Positions 23,155 through 36,100 of a DNA stretch of 64,000 nucleotides are shown piece by piece. Location: positions 1,364,001-1,428,000 of the forward strand of contig OZ251234.1 in the NCBI GenBank assembly GCA_965240325.2, read 5' to 3'. Below the pieces are notes generated by a model. That model saw only the letters and a list, made by a program, of their open reading frames with translations. It was not told the DNA's origin and did no database searches. The translations under genes were made by a program, and so were the position numbers. This DNA is from Rebecca billardiae RCC1528. Its lineage: Eukaryota; Protista; Haptophyta. Within the stretch, counting starts at the first letter, position 1; every line of letters starts with the position of its first letter.

Positions 23155-25382
23155 CTCCCCCCCATGTGAAGCCGGGTATGAGATAGTAGATAGAGCTCGC
23201 AGTCAGATGATGACGGCCATTAGCGGGGTACCCAATAGATGCGGGTTCACATGTCCCATAGATAATGTGGTTGAGGAATTAGAGGATAGAGAGGAACTAG
23301 AGAATAGAGCGGGTGAGGCAGAGGTGTAGTGTTCACCGCGAGGGAGATCAGCACGTAGAATGCTGAAACTTCTGGTTGACGTCAAAGCTCGTGAGCATGA
23401 TCGAGTATACGGAACGACAAACAACTCTTGTGAACGCCTCTCGACAAAGAGCTTGCTCATGGTGCCTTGAGGCTCCTCGATCAGCCAGGCCTTGCCCGTT
23501 CCAAAACGAGTGCATCCACCGTTCCAATAGGCAGCAGTTCTCGCCCCCATTAGTGCGGTGCATAGAGGCAGCAGTAGTGTGTGATGTAGTCGTGGATCAA
23601 GTGCTCGCCGTAAGTGGAGCTAGTAGGTGAGGTTCGAGCGAGAAGATGAGCACAGATCACGATTAGAGATCACACAGCGGCGCCTTGAGATGGTTGTCCA
23701 TGATCGCCTTCGTGCCGATGAGATTGACTCTCATCGTTGCCGTCTGCAGCACGTACACGGACGAATAGACGCCTGGTACGAGTACGCGATGGCAGCATGA
23801 GTGCGATGATATCGTCGCCACCAGGATGATCGCGTGGTCGAAGTAGATGCGGTCGTCAGGCGTGTGGTAGAATCGGCAAATAGAGTGGAGCATCGAATGA
23901 GATCGTGTCCGGGGCCGAGTGAAGATGAGTGACCAGGTAGAGGTAGTTGGCGCCGGGAGCTGCGACGCCGATAGAGACAGTAGAGACCGTAGTTAGGGCA
24001 GTAGATCATATGTAGTTCGTGCGGATGTACTTAGAGTGGATGTAGTTCGAGTGGGTGTAGCTAGATCCGATGAGAAGTAGTTGCTGGTGCGTCGTCCGCT
24101 GCGGTAGCCGCCGTGATGCCGTAGTGGTCCTCAGCGGTGATCAGGCGCGTCGGAGTAGAGGCGGCAGCGGTAGCATCGGCAGCGGAAGCAGCAGCAGCGA
24201 TAGAGGTGCACGATAAGAACTCGTCCAGGTTGGCAGCGCGGCGGCGGGCAGAGCAAGTTCTGGTATAGGCCCTGCAGTCGGTCACCGGCTGAGCTGGGAC
24301 GATTAGTTGAGCAGTTGGCGCATCACCGGCGGATCGGCGGTCAGCGCGGTAGGAGGCTCATCGTGCTCGGGGATAGCGTCGAGGGTAGATAGAGCGGGTA
24401 GAACACGAGCGTGTAGAGAACGTGTACAGAACGAGCGGCTTCGCCGTTAGCACCGCTGCGTGTAGTAGTGGGTCAATTGTCGTTGCAATTGTCGTCGTCG
24501 TCATCGTCGTCGTTGGATGCGTCCGCTGGATCGGTCGCCGACAGCGATGGTTCGGCAGCGTGAGGCAAAGGAATCGGCAACTCGGTGCCGTACGCCTCGT
24601 GGTCGAATGCATCAATGAACACGAATGTCCGAGAATAGGTAGTCGTATAGGAGACCGTAGTCGAGAAGGACTCGAGAGTCGACGCTGGATCGTCGGGCCG
24701 GTCAGGTTGTCGGCGTAAGAGAGCGGTCTGCTCGTAGTCGCCGATGATAGATGCGGATGGAGATAGGTCGCATGTGCTAGTACGTGTCGGCCGGGCGGGG
24801 AGGTAGTAGAGAAAGTAGAGGCCGGACAGCAAGTCGTCGTAGATGTGGCCGTGGGATTAGAGGGCCTTGGTAGTAGCAGATAGTAGATGACACGAGAGAA
24901 GTCCCGTCGCGGAGAATAGTTGCCGCAGATGATGTTAGGCGGCGTGAGCGGTTAGATGCCGTTCGGAAGTAGAGGCAGTATAGTAGTCGACGAGAAGAAA
25001 TAGAGCGGGTTGCCCTTGTAGTTGTGCTCTCTCAGGTTGTCGTCGCTGCTTGATGGGGTCGTGCGTGTAGTACGGCTGGTCGTCTGTCCGACTTCGTAGT
25101 GAGTAGGTAGTAGTCGAGCGAGTCGCCCATGCCGTAGAGGTTGAGGATGCCGTTTAGGAAGAGATCGGTCACCTCGATATCGACAGGTCCCACCTCCAGC
25201 TGCTGGAAGACCGTGTACGTCATCATCATGATGTGAGCGTGCACAATGTAGATGGACGGGCGAGATGCAGATGTCCGTGTGCGAGATGTAGGAGGCGTGC
25301 TCGATGACGTCGTAGAGGAGGATCTTCAGCATCACCAGGATGTCCTTCAGCGTCGCGTATGCCTGCCACGAGTAGTTGTTTG

Positions 25383-25770
25383 TATTGTGAAGAGGTTGTG
25401 ATGGTTGTTGGTGACGCGGGCGTTTCGCACGGGCTCGTCCGGTCCCGCGCCTGTGGGAGCGGACTGGTGACGGGCGATCGGCACGGTCGAGGGTGAGAGG
25501 CGAGAGACGTAGGCGTATACACGAGCACTCAACGACAGCGCGGTCGATGCAGTACCGGCAGCGGCCGCAGCGGCGACGGGCGTAGCACGTGCGAGCGCAC
25601 GAGGGCGTGAGCTTTTAGCGTGTCATGTCTAGATCATTGTCGGTTCCGCGCGTCTGGACTGCACAGCGGTCCGGTCTGATCACGTCAGTCCGGTCTGAAT
25701 CAGGACCGAGTGAAGAAAGTCGAGAAATAGAAAATCTGGTCGTAGAGGAAGAAATGAATAAACCACAACA
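25383..25770 (-). repeat. 5' LTR
   Basis: Direct repeat of 22765-23154. Confidence 0.9.
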
Positions 25771-26306
25771 AGAAGGCCGCGCCAAATCTTGCGTCGCGTG
25801 CGATGGCGCTTCCCGCCCGCGAGACACCTCGTGATGAGGGCCTTTCCGCACCGAGCCCGACGCGCGGCGGTGGATCGCGCGGCGGCTGTCGTGCGCAGCG
25901 CTTGATACTATGGCCCGTGCGAGCGCTCGACGTGCAAGTCGGGCGAGGACCGCCCCAGGTCGCACGATCGTGTCGACGCGCCGAGCGTACCTCCAAACGC
26001 GTCGACTTTGGCCCCCGTTCGACCTGCACGCGAGACGACGAGGGCAGTAATCGCGAATCGGGCGAAAAAACCCCTCGGGAGTCCTCGCGCGATGTCCGCG
26101 CCGGCGTTGGATCTGGCGCGCGCCGCCCACGCGCTCCGCGCCATCGGGCACTTGTTTTCGGCCGAGTGTCCCCAGTGGGAGCTGCGAGGGTGCCCGGTGG
26201 TGAGCGAAGCGATTTTCTTTTCTTTGCGAGGCGATTTTCTGTATAGTCGTTGTCTTTTCTTTTTCTTTTCTTCCCCGGGCACTACGGGCGGACCTTGACG
26301 GCCCGC

Positions 26307-26348
26307 GTTGCCTGAGCTGTGTGCGTCTCTTATTCTTAGTAAACTGTA
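26307..26348 (-). repeat. Second copy of the TA-CAGTTTACTAAGAATAAGAGACGCAC terminal motif
   Basis: Matches 1483-1527 except for a 3-bp indel. Confidence 0.55.
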
Positions 26349-26839
26349 TGCAATCATGCACTATTTTTTCTCGTCACCTGTGACTACTCGGGGCGATCGG
26401 CGCGAGTCGGCGAGTCCCCCGCGGCATGGACCACGGTGATGCCTGATATGCTTGATGATCGGGCTGATGGCCGAGTGACGCACCGCAACGTGACCGTCGA
26501 GCTACTACGTCGTCAGCCCGGTGCGAAGACGCAGCGTGAAGCCACGGGTGATACGCCAGGCAGACGGCCTACTGCAGAGGAATTGGGTGCGTCTAGCTGC
26601 GTGCCCGCTGCTGCAGCGCGGACGTTCGCCTTCGCAAAGGGACAGGGTGAAGGCGGGCTGCTTGACTTGGCAATGGCATGACCAGTCCATGAGTGCTGGA
26701 TCACCATCGCGAATATCTCGGCGATGAGCACACCGAGCGCACGATTCACATCGTCAAGCTTCCACGCGACCAAGTGCCGTTGGACATCTGCGCACAGGCA
26801 GTCCACGCTGCCTGCAAGTCCTGGCCCAACAGCATGTGA

Positions 26840-27133
26840 TCACGATGCATGGTCCTCGATCAACGCAATCATGTCGCGCACCTTGATCTGGTCCGCCGGC
26901 ACATCGAGCTTTGCCCCTGACGTGAAGGTGAGTGCGACCTCGACTTCTCCGCGCGGCTGCAGCTGTACACGCGTCTCGAGCTTTGGATCAGCGCCAGCGT
27001 GAGTTGTGCGCAGTTGTCTAAGCAGCTCGCGCACGGCGGCGACACGTTTTGGCGTCGAGGCAGTGGGTGAGAAGGACACGGCTATTGCTTTCAGTCCCGA
27101 TGCGAAGCCAGCGTGGCGGGCACGCGCGGCCAT
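26840..27133 (-). CDS. MRPL53: Mitochondrial ribosomal protein mL53-like
   Basis: ~97 aa; LKAIAVSFSP...VRELLRQL...DPKL...VALTFTSG fits the mL53 family pattern. Confidence 0.65.
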   Translation of the reverse strand: MAARARHAGFASGLKAIAVSFSPTASTPKRVAAVRELLRQLRTTHAGADPKLETRVQLQPRGEVEVALTFTSGAKLDVPADQIKVRDMIALIEDHAS

Positions 27134-27306
27134 GATGACGACGGCTGTGGACGCGCCCGGAGCCCCGGACTGGGGCGGCGGGGCCGAAACTCGCCTGCCA
27201 AAAAAGGCGAGGGCGCTCCGCGCAGCGCGACTGGCGACCGAGGGAGGCACCGCTGCGCGGGGATCCAGCACCGGCAGGCAAGCTCATGTGCTTGGCCTGA
27301 TCACTG

Positions 27307-28863
27307 ATGGCGGCGCCGGCGGCGTCGATGCCGTCGCCCGGCCCGGGCGTGGGTGCCGACACGTTCGTCGTGCTCGGTCTCGATGCGAGCAGCGACCTGG
27401 CGGGCGCGGTCGAAGCGGACGATGCGTTCGTTGACGCGAGCCCGGTGCTCGAGGCCGCCCCGGCGCTGCCGCCGTCGCACCCAGCCCCAGCGGCGCCGCC
27501 TCCACCTGAGCATGGCAGCGCGGCAGAGCCGCCGTGGCGACGGCGGTTACTTCTCATGTCCGCGCTCGCGCTGCTGCTCACCGGCACGGCGGCGCTGTGC
27601 CTGCTCTTCCTGCCGCAGCTGCAGCAGCGGCCCGGGGATGACCCTCGACTGGACAATGCGAGCGTCAGCAACGATGCCGACGCCGTGCTCGTCGTCTCGC
27701 ACGATCTGGACGTGCTCGCGACGGGGGACGAGCGCTTCCTGCGGATGCTCGTCGCGTTCTGCGTCACGGCGGCCGGGCGCGCGCCGGCGGGTGCGCCGCC
27801 CGCGTGCACCTGGCTCGAGGCATGCTCCGAGTGGCCGCGAGAAGGCGGCCGCCCGCCGCACGTGGAGTGCCGCGAGCGGCCCGCCTTTGGCGACCGCGCG
27901 GGCGTGCCGTCGCCGCGCTCGCCGCCCTTGGTGGGCGCGGGCGGCGAGGCCGCGTATCGGCCAGTGGTTGTGATCGATGCGCCGCTGGGCGTGGCGCGCG
28001 CGTACTGCGCCTCGCGCGAGCTCAAGTGCACGTTTGCCGTGCAGCTGCGCGAGCCCTCGGAGCAGCTCGTGCACAGCACGCTCGCACGGCTGCGCGCGCG
28101 CGGCGAGATCGGCGCGCAGCCGAGCCTGCCCGCCGAGCTGCTCGCGCTCAAGCACGCGCTCATGCGGCGCATGCTCAACGAGAGCGCGCTTTGCCCGGGG
28201 CCGCTGGCCTCGCTGCTCTGCGCGCCGCGCGCGGCCGAGTGCGCGCCCGCCGCGCGGCGCGCGGCCGCGGCAATGCCGGCCGCGCCGGGCGACGCGTGCG
28301 ACCCGGTCGCAGAGCTGCAGGGAGTCGGCCTCATCGGGCTCGAGGACGACTGGGGGGGCACGATCGAGCAGCTCGAAGCCGCGCTCGATCCGCGCTGCGC
28401 GCTGCCGCGCAGCCTGTGGTGCCGCTGGCGCGCGCGCGAGCGCGAGCCCATCGACGCGGACGGCGGCGCCCGCGCCGAGTCACTCGCGAGCGCCCTCTCG
28501 CGGTACGAGTGGGCGAGCAGCCACGACCCGTCGGCAGTGCGCGCGGTGTACGCGGCCGTGGGCGACTCGGCCGTCACGCTCGACGGCAACGCGCTCGACG
28601 CGAGCGACACGAGCACGCAGGCCCTCGTGCGCTCGCTGCGGCAGGACGTGCTGTTTGCGCACCACCTGGACGGGTACGTGCAGCACGAGGCCAAGCTGTA
28701 CGGCGTGGCACGCGCGCTCCACGCCGACCAGGTCGACGAGGCGACCGCCGCTGCGCGCAAGCGCCGGGGCGTGCATAGGCTGCACGAGCCGTTGTGCGGT
28801 CGGCCCGCGCAGGCCGGCGCGGAGGGCGAGCCCAGTGGTGGCGCGGGTACCTCACGCGCCTGA
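27307..28863 (+). CDS. Hypothetical single-pass membrane protein, 518 aa
   Basis: ATG-initiated ORF with GC3 bias; hydrophobic LLLMSALALLLTGTAALCLLFL after an RRR motif (type II topology). Confidence 0.65.
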   Translation: MAAPAASMPSPGPGVGADTFVVLGLDASSDLAGAVEADDAFVDASPVLEAAPALPPSHPAPAAPPPPEHGSAAEPPWRRRLLLMSALALLLTGTAALCLLFLPQLQQRPGDDPRLDNASVSNDADAVLVVSHDLDVLATGDERFLRMLVAFCVTAAGRAPAGAPPACTWLEACSEWPREGGRPPHVECRERPAFGDRAGVPSPRSPPLVGAGGEAAYRPVVVIDAPLGVARAYCASRELKCTFAVQLREPSEQLVHSTLARLRARGEIGAQPSLPAELLALKHALMRRMLNESALCPGPLASLLCAPRAAECAPAARRAAAAMPAAPGDACDPVAELQGVGLIGLEDDWGGTIEQLEAALDPRCALPRSLWCRWRAREREPIDADGGARAESLASALSRYEWASSHDPSAVRAVYAAVGDSAVTLDGNALDASDTSTQALVRSLRQDVLFAHHLDGYVQHEAKLYGVARALHADQVDEATAAARKRRGVHRLHEPLCGRPAQAGAEGEPSGGAGTSRA

Positions 28864-29205
28864 GGCACCGCGGCTGATATCGCGGCATCGCGCCTGATTC
28901 TGCTGAATATTTATTCGCGGCCGCGGCATGGGCGGGGTCCGGGGGACTGGGGTTCCCCGTCGCCGGGCGGAGGCGGGGCCTGCCGTTGACAGTGCCATGA
29001 CACTCACGCGGGCACCCATCGACACGGTATGGCTACCTGTGACTGACTCCGTATTGTACACGACTAACTACTTAGGCACCGACTGGTGCCAACGACCATC
29101 GCTGCTGATCGCAACTACGACCCGGCTTACCCGTTACCGGTCTCCGAACTGTTGCAGCAGCAGCACTCCATCACCGGAGCAGGCGGATGAATCTCCCCCA
29201 GTGGC

Positions 29206-29996
29206 CAGGGCTGGGACTTTCGGCGTCGCGTAGAGTGACCGCAGTCACGTGAGTGTCGTCACGGCTGCCCAACAGGCGTGATCACGTGACATCACGTGAC
29301 GAGTCCGGCCCACGGGGGGGTCCGGGGGGGTCCCCCCGGGGCCCCGCCGGCCCGAGGCGAAGAAAATTTTTGGGCCAGTATTTGGGAGTGAATAATGACG
29401 AAATCTCAATCGTCTACGACAGACTAGTACTCGCCGGGACGAGTACTCATGAAGAGCGCGATTAGACAGCTGCACTCCGACTAGTCGTGGTCAGCAGCCC
29501 CGTCTTTGAATACCTGCATGAGGCTCGCCTGCCGAGCCATCTTAAACTTGGCCAGCTCGCGCGCACTCACCGCGCCGGAGCCCTTCCGCGGCCCGGGCCG
29601 CGCGTGGCCATTCATTGGTGCGCTCGAGGATGGGATCGGGCGCGCCTTGCCCAGCTGGCGCTCCCCCGGCTTGAGGCGCTTCTTCTCACGCGCCGACTCC
29701 GCGCTCGGCGCGCCCGCCTCCGCGCTCGGCGCGTCCGCCACGGCGGCTCATCCGACTGCGGCCGCGAACCCGCCTTCAGCCTTGCGGCTCGTCGAGTACT
29801 CTCGGCGGAGTCGGCGCGCCCCCGCGCAGGCGCGCACTGCCCCGGCCTCGGGCCCGGGGGCTGTCCGGGTGCACACCATGACTACCGGACTGCTGTCACG
29901 TGACGGACCCATTGCCGACGTGACGCGTCACGTGATCACGTGTCACGTGATCACGCCGTGATATCACGCTCACGTGATCACGAACTCCCAGCCCTG
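29206..29996. mobile_element. Non-autonomous hAT element (791 bp), TIR CAGGGCTGGGA, 8-bp TSD CCAGTGGC
   Basis: Perfect 11-bp TIRs; CCAGTGGC at 29198-29205 and 29997-30004; subterminal TCACGTGA arrays; short basic internal ORF remnant. Confidence 0.92.
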
Positions 29997-30114
29997 CCAG
30001 TGGCAGCCGAGCGAGCGGGTATTCCATGAATTCCCGCCCTGCTTGTCTCGATCGTACAGCCGGTCGTGGCGATGGCGCCTGCGGCCGTGGCGCGCTGACT
30101 GGGGACGAAGCGCC

Positions 30115-33100
30115 ATGGAGGACGAGCTGCGTGTTCGCGTTGTCGTCGTCGACTACGTCCTCAAGCCCCCGCGCCCAGGCCTGGACTGCACGCACTCGCG
30201 AGTGACCGGCGTGAGGCTGGGCCGCGTGCCCGTCGTGCGCGTTTTTGGCAGCACGCCGGACGGGCAGAAGGTCTGCGCGCACGTGCACTCCGTCTTCCCG
30301 TACATCCTGATCAGGCTGGACGGGGAATCGACCGCGCAGGCCGACGTCGCGGCGCTGGCCGTGCAGCTCACGCGCTGCGTGAACGCTGCGCTCGATGCTG
30401 CCGGCCAGGCGGACGGCGGCGCGCGCGGTCGGCGTGGCCGAACGCGCGAGCACGTTTTCGCAGCGCTCCTGCGCGAGGGCACACCCATCTACGGGTATCA
30501 CGCACACACGCGCTTCTACCTGAAGCTGTGCCTCGTCGATCCCGCCGCGGTGTCGCGCGTGACCGCCCTGCTCCACGCCGGCGTGATCCTCGGCCGTGCG
30601 TGGGAGGTGGCGGAGGCGCACGTCCCGTTCTGGCTGCAGTTCTTTGTCGACTTCAACCTCGTGGGCATGGGCCAGCTCAGGCTCACGCACGCGCGGTTCC
30701 GCCAGCCGCTCCCGCCCGCGACGGACCAGGCGCTCGCTGCGGGCACGCGCGTGCTGTGCGAGAGCACCGTGCCCATGGAGTGGCGCGCCCCCGCGGACAT
30801 GGTGCGGGAGAGCACGTGCGCGCTTGAGCTCGACTGCGTTGCGTCCGACATTGCAAACCCGGCCGACGTCTCGCGCGCCGCGCTGGACACGGACGTGCGC
30901 GAGGTGCGCCTGGTGCGCTCGCTCGAGGGCCTGTGGGAGGAGGAGCAGGCGCGGCTCGCCGCGCTCGGCGGCTCGCAGCTGCGTGGCGTCACTCCGCCGT
31001 CGCAGTCGGCGCGCCAGCCTGCTCCGCACGCGCGCACGGACGCCGCGGAGCGAGCACATGCCGCCATCGCTCACGCAGTGCGCGCAAAAGCGGTGGCCGC
31101 CGCGAGGTCGAATGCGCCTGCCGCGCCAGCCGCCGCGCCCGCCGCCAGCAGTGCGCCGCTCGCAATCGTCGGCACCCAGCCCGACCTCTACCTCGAGGCG
31201 CGCGATTCCGCCGAGCTGGACGCGCGCGCCGACGCGGACGCGGCGGCCGAGGCCATCCTCGACGCGTGGCAGTGTGACGACGGCGGCGCGGAGCCGACCC
31301 CGCCTGACGAGGGCGGTGCCGGCGGTGCCACTCAGCTCAGCTCCGTGCCACCTGCTTCGCGGGCAGCTCCGCTGACGCAGGGCGACGAGGAGCTCCGGCA
31401 GCTGCTGGCGCTGTCGCTCACGCCAGACAGCTCGGAGCCGCACTGGCTGCACGACGAGATGGGCGCGCTCGCGCTCACTCGTGACGGCGGTGACTCCGGC
31501 GACGAGGGTGCGGACGGCGACGAGAGCCCCGATGAGGACGAGGCCAGGGTGACCGAGGCCGGTGCACACCACGCTGTGGCGGGCGATGGCGCGTGTGATG
31601 GCTCGCAGCCGAGCCAGCCTGGTGCCACGCCGCGGCAGGTCGCGACGCCTCTCGGGACCCCGCTGTCCCTTTCGGCCGCCGAGCTGCGCGCCACGCGTGA
31701 GGCGGGTGACATTATCGAGGCCACGCAAGCCGACGTCCGAGCAGACGGCGCAGGTGACGACGCAGATGATCGCGAGCCCGAAGAGGGCAGCGGCAGCGGA
31801 ATGCAAGGCGGGCTCCCGGCAGAGGGCGAGCCACAGGCGACGGGCGCAGCAGGCGGGAATCCACTTGCGGCCGTGGCGGTGGCCGTGGCGAGTGCGCGAT
31901 TACCTTCGGAGGGGCGCGCCGCACCAGAGCCTGGACCACACCTTGACGCGCATGCGGGTGCGCACCAGGCCCAGCACGCCTTGGCATGCTCGCAGGCGGC
32001 ATTTTCCGCCCTGCGGCCAACGGATCTGGCATGCTGCGAGCCGAGGCGAACTGCAGTCGAGCGCATGGGGCCAGCGCCCGCCGCCGCGGCACGTGCTGAT
32101 CAAGCCAGCGTGCCGCCACGCGCATCTTGCACGCAGCGTGCATGCGCACGGTCGTCCGACAGCGACCGGGATGTCGACGACGCGGCCCAGGTGCGCATTG
32201 CGTCGCCAAAGTACGACGATGGTGCGCGCTTCACAGCGTGGCATGCGGATGCTGGGCTACGCGCGGTGGGCGCAGCAGATGGCATCACGGGAGGCCACAG
32301 CGACGACGACGCTGACATGCTGAGCGCGGAACATGCAACGGCCGGGGCTCCCCTGACGGTGTTGGGACGCATGCTGCTGCCGCCCCCGGCACACCGTGCT
32401 CGTGACGGGATGGAAGCCAAGCCGTCCGCGAGTGTCCACCCGTTCAACGTGCGCTTTGAGCGGCACGGCATACCAGAGGCTGAGGCGTCGGACAACCCGG
32501 GCTTACGCCGTGGCCCCGTGCTGCGTTGGAGTGCCGTGCCACCGACAGCCGCGGAGCTCACGGGCACGCTACGCGCACACAACTTGCCCCGCATCGCATA
32601 CGACGAGCCGCACTACCGGCGGCTGGTAGACGCACCCGCGCGGCAAGTAACCGTGCATGCAAATCGACCATTCCATCTCAGGCCACCAACCTTGTCCTCC
32701 CTGCGGCCCTTCACTGCCACGGCTGAAGCACGCGCGCGGGGACGCGTTGCCCATTCGAGCGCAGCTGTGCTGAGGTACGTCCCCCGACCTCCAAGCGCCG
32801 CCGAGACCACGGAGTGGTTGGCACACCATCGCGACGCGGCTGCTCGAGCCTCGGGTTGCATCATCGAGGGCGCCGCCGCCGCGGCTCGCAACGCGGCCGA
32901 TTGCGCGGCGCAGAAGGATGCCGCCCTAGCCGTGTCGGGAGCTGGCGCATTGCCACGGCTGCACGCTCAGCACTGCCGGCCGGTCCCCGTCCCGGCCATG
33001 TCAGCAACAACCCCGCCCTCCCCGCACAAGCGGGCGCCTCCTCCAGCGCATGATCAGCGAACGTCTCCACAACGAGCAGAGCCTGCCCACGGGCTGGGCG

Positions 33101-36100
33101 TGACGACGATGGTGGTGGAGGTGGCGGCCGCCACGCGGGGAGAGCTTATGCCCGACCCTCGCATAGACGCCATCCTTCTCATCGGGCTTGCGTGGTGGGA
33201 TGACAATGTCGACGCGGCAGCGGTCGCCGCGAGCGTGACCGGACGGGCCGACCACGGGCCCGCGGACGCAGACGATGCGGTTGGCTTGCACACCGACCTG
33301 CTCGTCTCAGGGCATGCCTTTGATCACGGGGATGGCGCACAGGGCATTTTCGGAGGCCGTGGGCACGCCGGCTTTGAGCACCTCACCCACGTCCGAGGCG
33401 GCGAGTGTGCGTTGCTGCGCACATTCTGCGACAAGGTCACACGCGCCGTGGACCCAGACGTCATCGTCGGATACGACACCGTGAGAGCGTCAATCGGATA
33501 CATCGTCCAACGCGGCGAGGTGCTCGGCCTCCCCATGCGGAAGCTGCTCGGGCGAGACGCTGTGGGGATCATGACCACGGCGGAGGAGCGGGCCATTGGG
33601 ATCCCGAACGCTGGCGAGAGGGCCGAGCCGCTTCGCGCAGACGGCACAGAATCGATGTTGCAGCTGTGGGACGAGCGTGCAGAGCTGGGAGACGACGATG
33701 AGCCTTTCGCGGTCGAGCATGGCGATCGAGGAGAAGAGGGCGCCGTGGCAGCAGGCGCACTAGCGCCGAAATCGCCCCTGACGGCAGCATGCGACGAGAA
33801 GCCGGCGGCGGCGGCCAGGCTATTTCCAGAGACGCCCCCCGATGCTCAGCAGCACGGTGGGAACGCTCCCGATGACCGCCATGGCGAAGGGCGTCGGCCG
33901 AAGCGCCTGACAGTCGGCTGGGGCGAGCGTGGTGGTTGCGGTGTGCCCTTTACCGGCCGGGTCGTCCTGAATGGATGGCGGCTCGCACGGGACGAGCTCA
34001 AACTGCGTGACTACACGTTCGAATCAGTGGTCCGGCATGTGCTTGGGGTGCGCACGCCACACTTGGTCGCGCACGTGATCTGCCGCCGCCTGCTGCACGG
34101 GTCTGGCCCAGAGCGATGGAGCGCCGCCGCGTACATCTCGCAGCGCGTGCGCCTTCTTGCCGGGCTAGTCGAGGCTCTGGAGACCATCTCGCGGACGTCG
34201 GAACTCGCGAGTGTCTTCGGTCTCGACTTTGTCTCCGTCATCACACGAGGTTCGCAGCTCCGCGTGGAGTCTGTGCTTCTCCGGCTCGCCAAACCGCGCG
34301 GCTACGTGCTCCTTTCGCCGTCAAAGCAGGCGGTCGCGTCGCAGCCACCGTTGCTTCACATACCGCTGATTCTGGAGCCCGAGGGTCGAGTGTACACCTC
34401 ACCTGTCCTCGTTTTGGATTTTCGATCGTTGTACCCATCGCTGATCATCGCGTACAACCTTTGCTACAGCACCGCGGTTGGGGAGGCGTCGACAGTGAAC
34501 GCCGCCGCGGATGAGAAGCTCGAGAGGGTGGGCAGCTCCACACACCAACCTCGACGATTCGGCGCGGGCTCTCTACGCGCAGACTGCAGTGACGTCGCGC
34601 GGCTCGCCGCCGAGGACTCCCTCTTTGTCGCGCCCAACGGTCTCATCTTTCTGAAGAGCTCTGCGCGCCCCGGTGTGCTGCCGCGCCTCGTCGCGGAGAT
34701 TCTGGACACTCGTGTCATGGTGAAGGGCGCGCTCAAGCGCGTGCTGACGCGCCACGGGTCATCGCTTTCAGATGGTGACAACTGCGCCGACGAGCGTGTG
34801 CGGCGGCTGCGCAGAAGCCTGGATGCGCGGCAGCTCGGGCTGAAGCTCCTCGCGAACGTGACCTACGGATACACCTCGGCATCCTTCTCAGGACGCATGC
34901 CGTGCGCGCCGCTTGCCGATGCGATTGTCTCCCTCGGCCGCGAGACGCTGCACAGGGCCATCAACGCGATTGTGGCGGACGAGGACGGTCAGTTCATGGG
35001 CGCGCGTGTTGTCTACGGCGACACGGACTCGCTGTTCGTGGAAGTGCCCGGAGCGAGCAGGGCGGAGGCATTTGAAGTTGGGCGCGCGATTGCTGCACGT
35101 GTCACCGCCACGGAGCCGCATCCCGTCGAGCTCGAGTTTGAAAAGGTTTATCATCCTTGCGTTCTCGTCACCAAAAAGCGGTACGCGGGTTTCGCGTGGA
35201 CTTCTGTTCGACAAGGCTCTCCTGCATTCGAAGTGAAAGGACTGGAGTCCGTACGCCGCGACTCGTGCGCGGCCGTGGCGAAGACCATGGACCGCGCCCT
35301 GCGCCTGCTTTTTGAGTCAGGCGGCGACCTGTCGTTGGCAAAGGCGGCTGTGCAGCGCGCGCTCGGCAAGCTGGCTGCAGGCACAGCGCCCATCTCGGAC
35401 TACGTCTTCGCTAAGGAGGTGCGACTGGGCACATATCGCGGGCTTTTGCCACCTGCAGCTGTGGTAGCGGCGCGTGCACTGAGAGCAGATCCCATGGTGG
35501 CGCCACAGCTCGGCGAGCGCGTTCCGTACGTCGTCGTCGCCGGTGGGTTGCATGCAAAGCTCGATGAGCTCGTGGTATCTCCGCGAGAGTTCCTGGCTCG
35601 TCGCGGGGCGCTGCAGCTGCACGCGACGTACTACATCACGAAACAGCTGCTACCTGCTCTGCAACGCGTGCTCGGCCTGGCCGGAGCAGACGTTTCGGCA
35701 TGGTTTGCCGCGGTTCCGAGAAGCGTTCGAGCGCAATCTGGGTCTGCACTGGCCATGCCCTCTGGGCACGACGCCAGGATCCGCGCATCGGGCACCATTC
35801 GAGCGTTCTACGCGAGCTCGCGTTGCGTGGTGTGCGACGACGTCTGCGTGGCCACGCTGTGCACTCGATGCAAGCATCAATCTCCGCAGCTCGCCGCGTG
35901 CTCGCTCGCCTGGCGGGCCCACGCGCTCGAGGCGCAGCTGTGTGCGCTTGACAGTGAGTGTGCTCGATGTGGGGAGCGCCCGCTATCTGAGTGCACCTCG
36001 CTGGACTGCGCCGTCTACCTCAGGCGGCAGCGGCTCGAAGTCAGGGACAGGATCGCAGGCACTGCTCGCGCGAACATCGAGCCCGATAGCAACACCGACG

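Larger units (their letters stand above)
22765..25770 (-). mobile_element. Non-autonomous LTR retrotransposon (Copia-like, 3.0 kb), 5-bp TSD AGAAG
   Basis: Near-identical ~388-bp LTRs; AGAAG at 22760-22764 and 25771-25775; termini TGTTGTG...CACAATA; polypurine tract GGGGGGGAG before the 3' LTR on the minus strand; no intact gag/pol. Confidence 0.88.
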
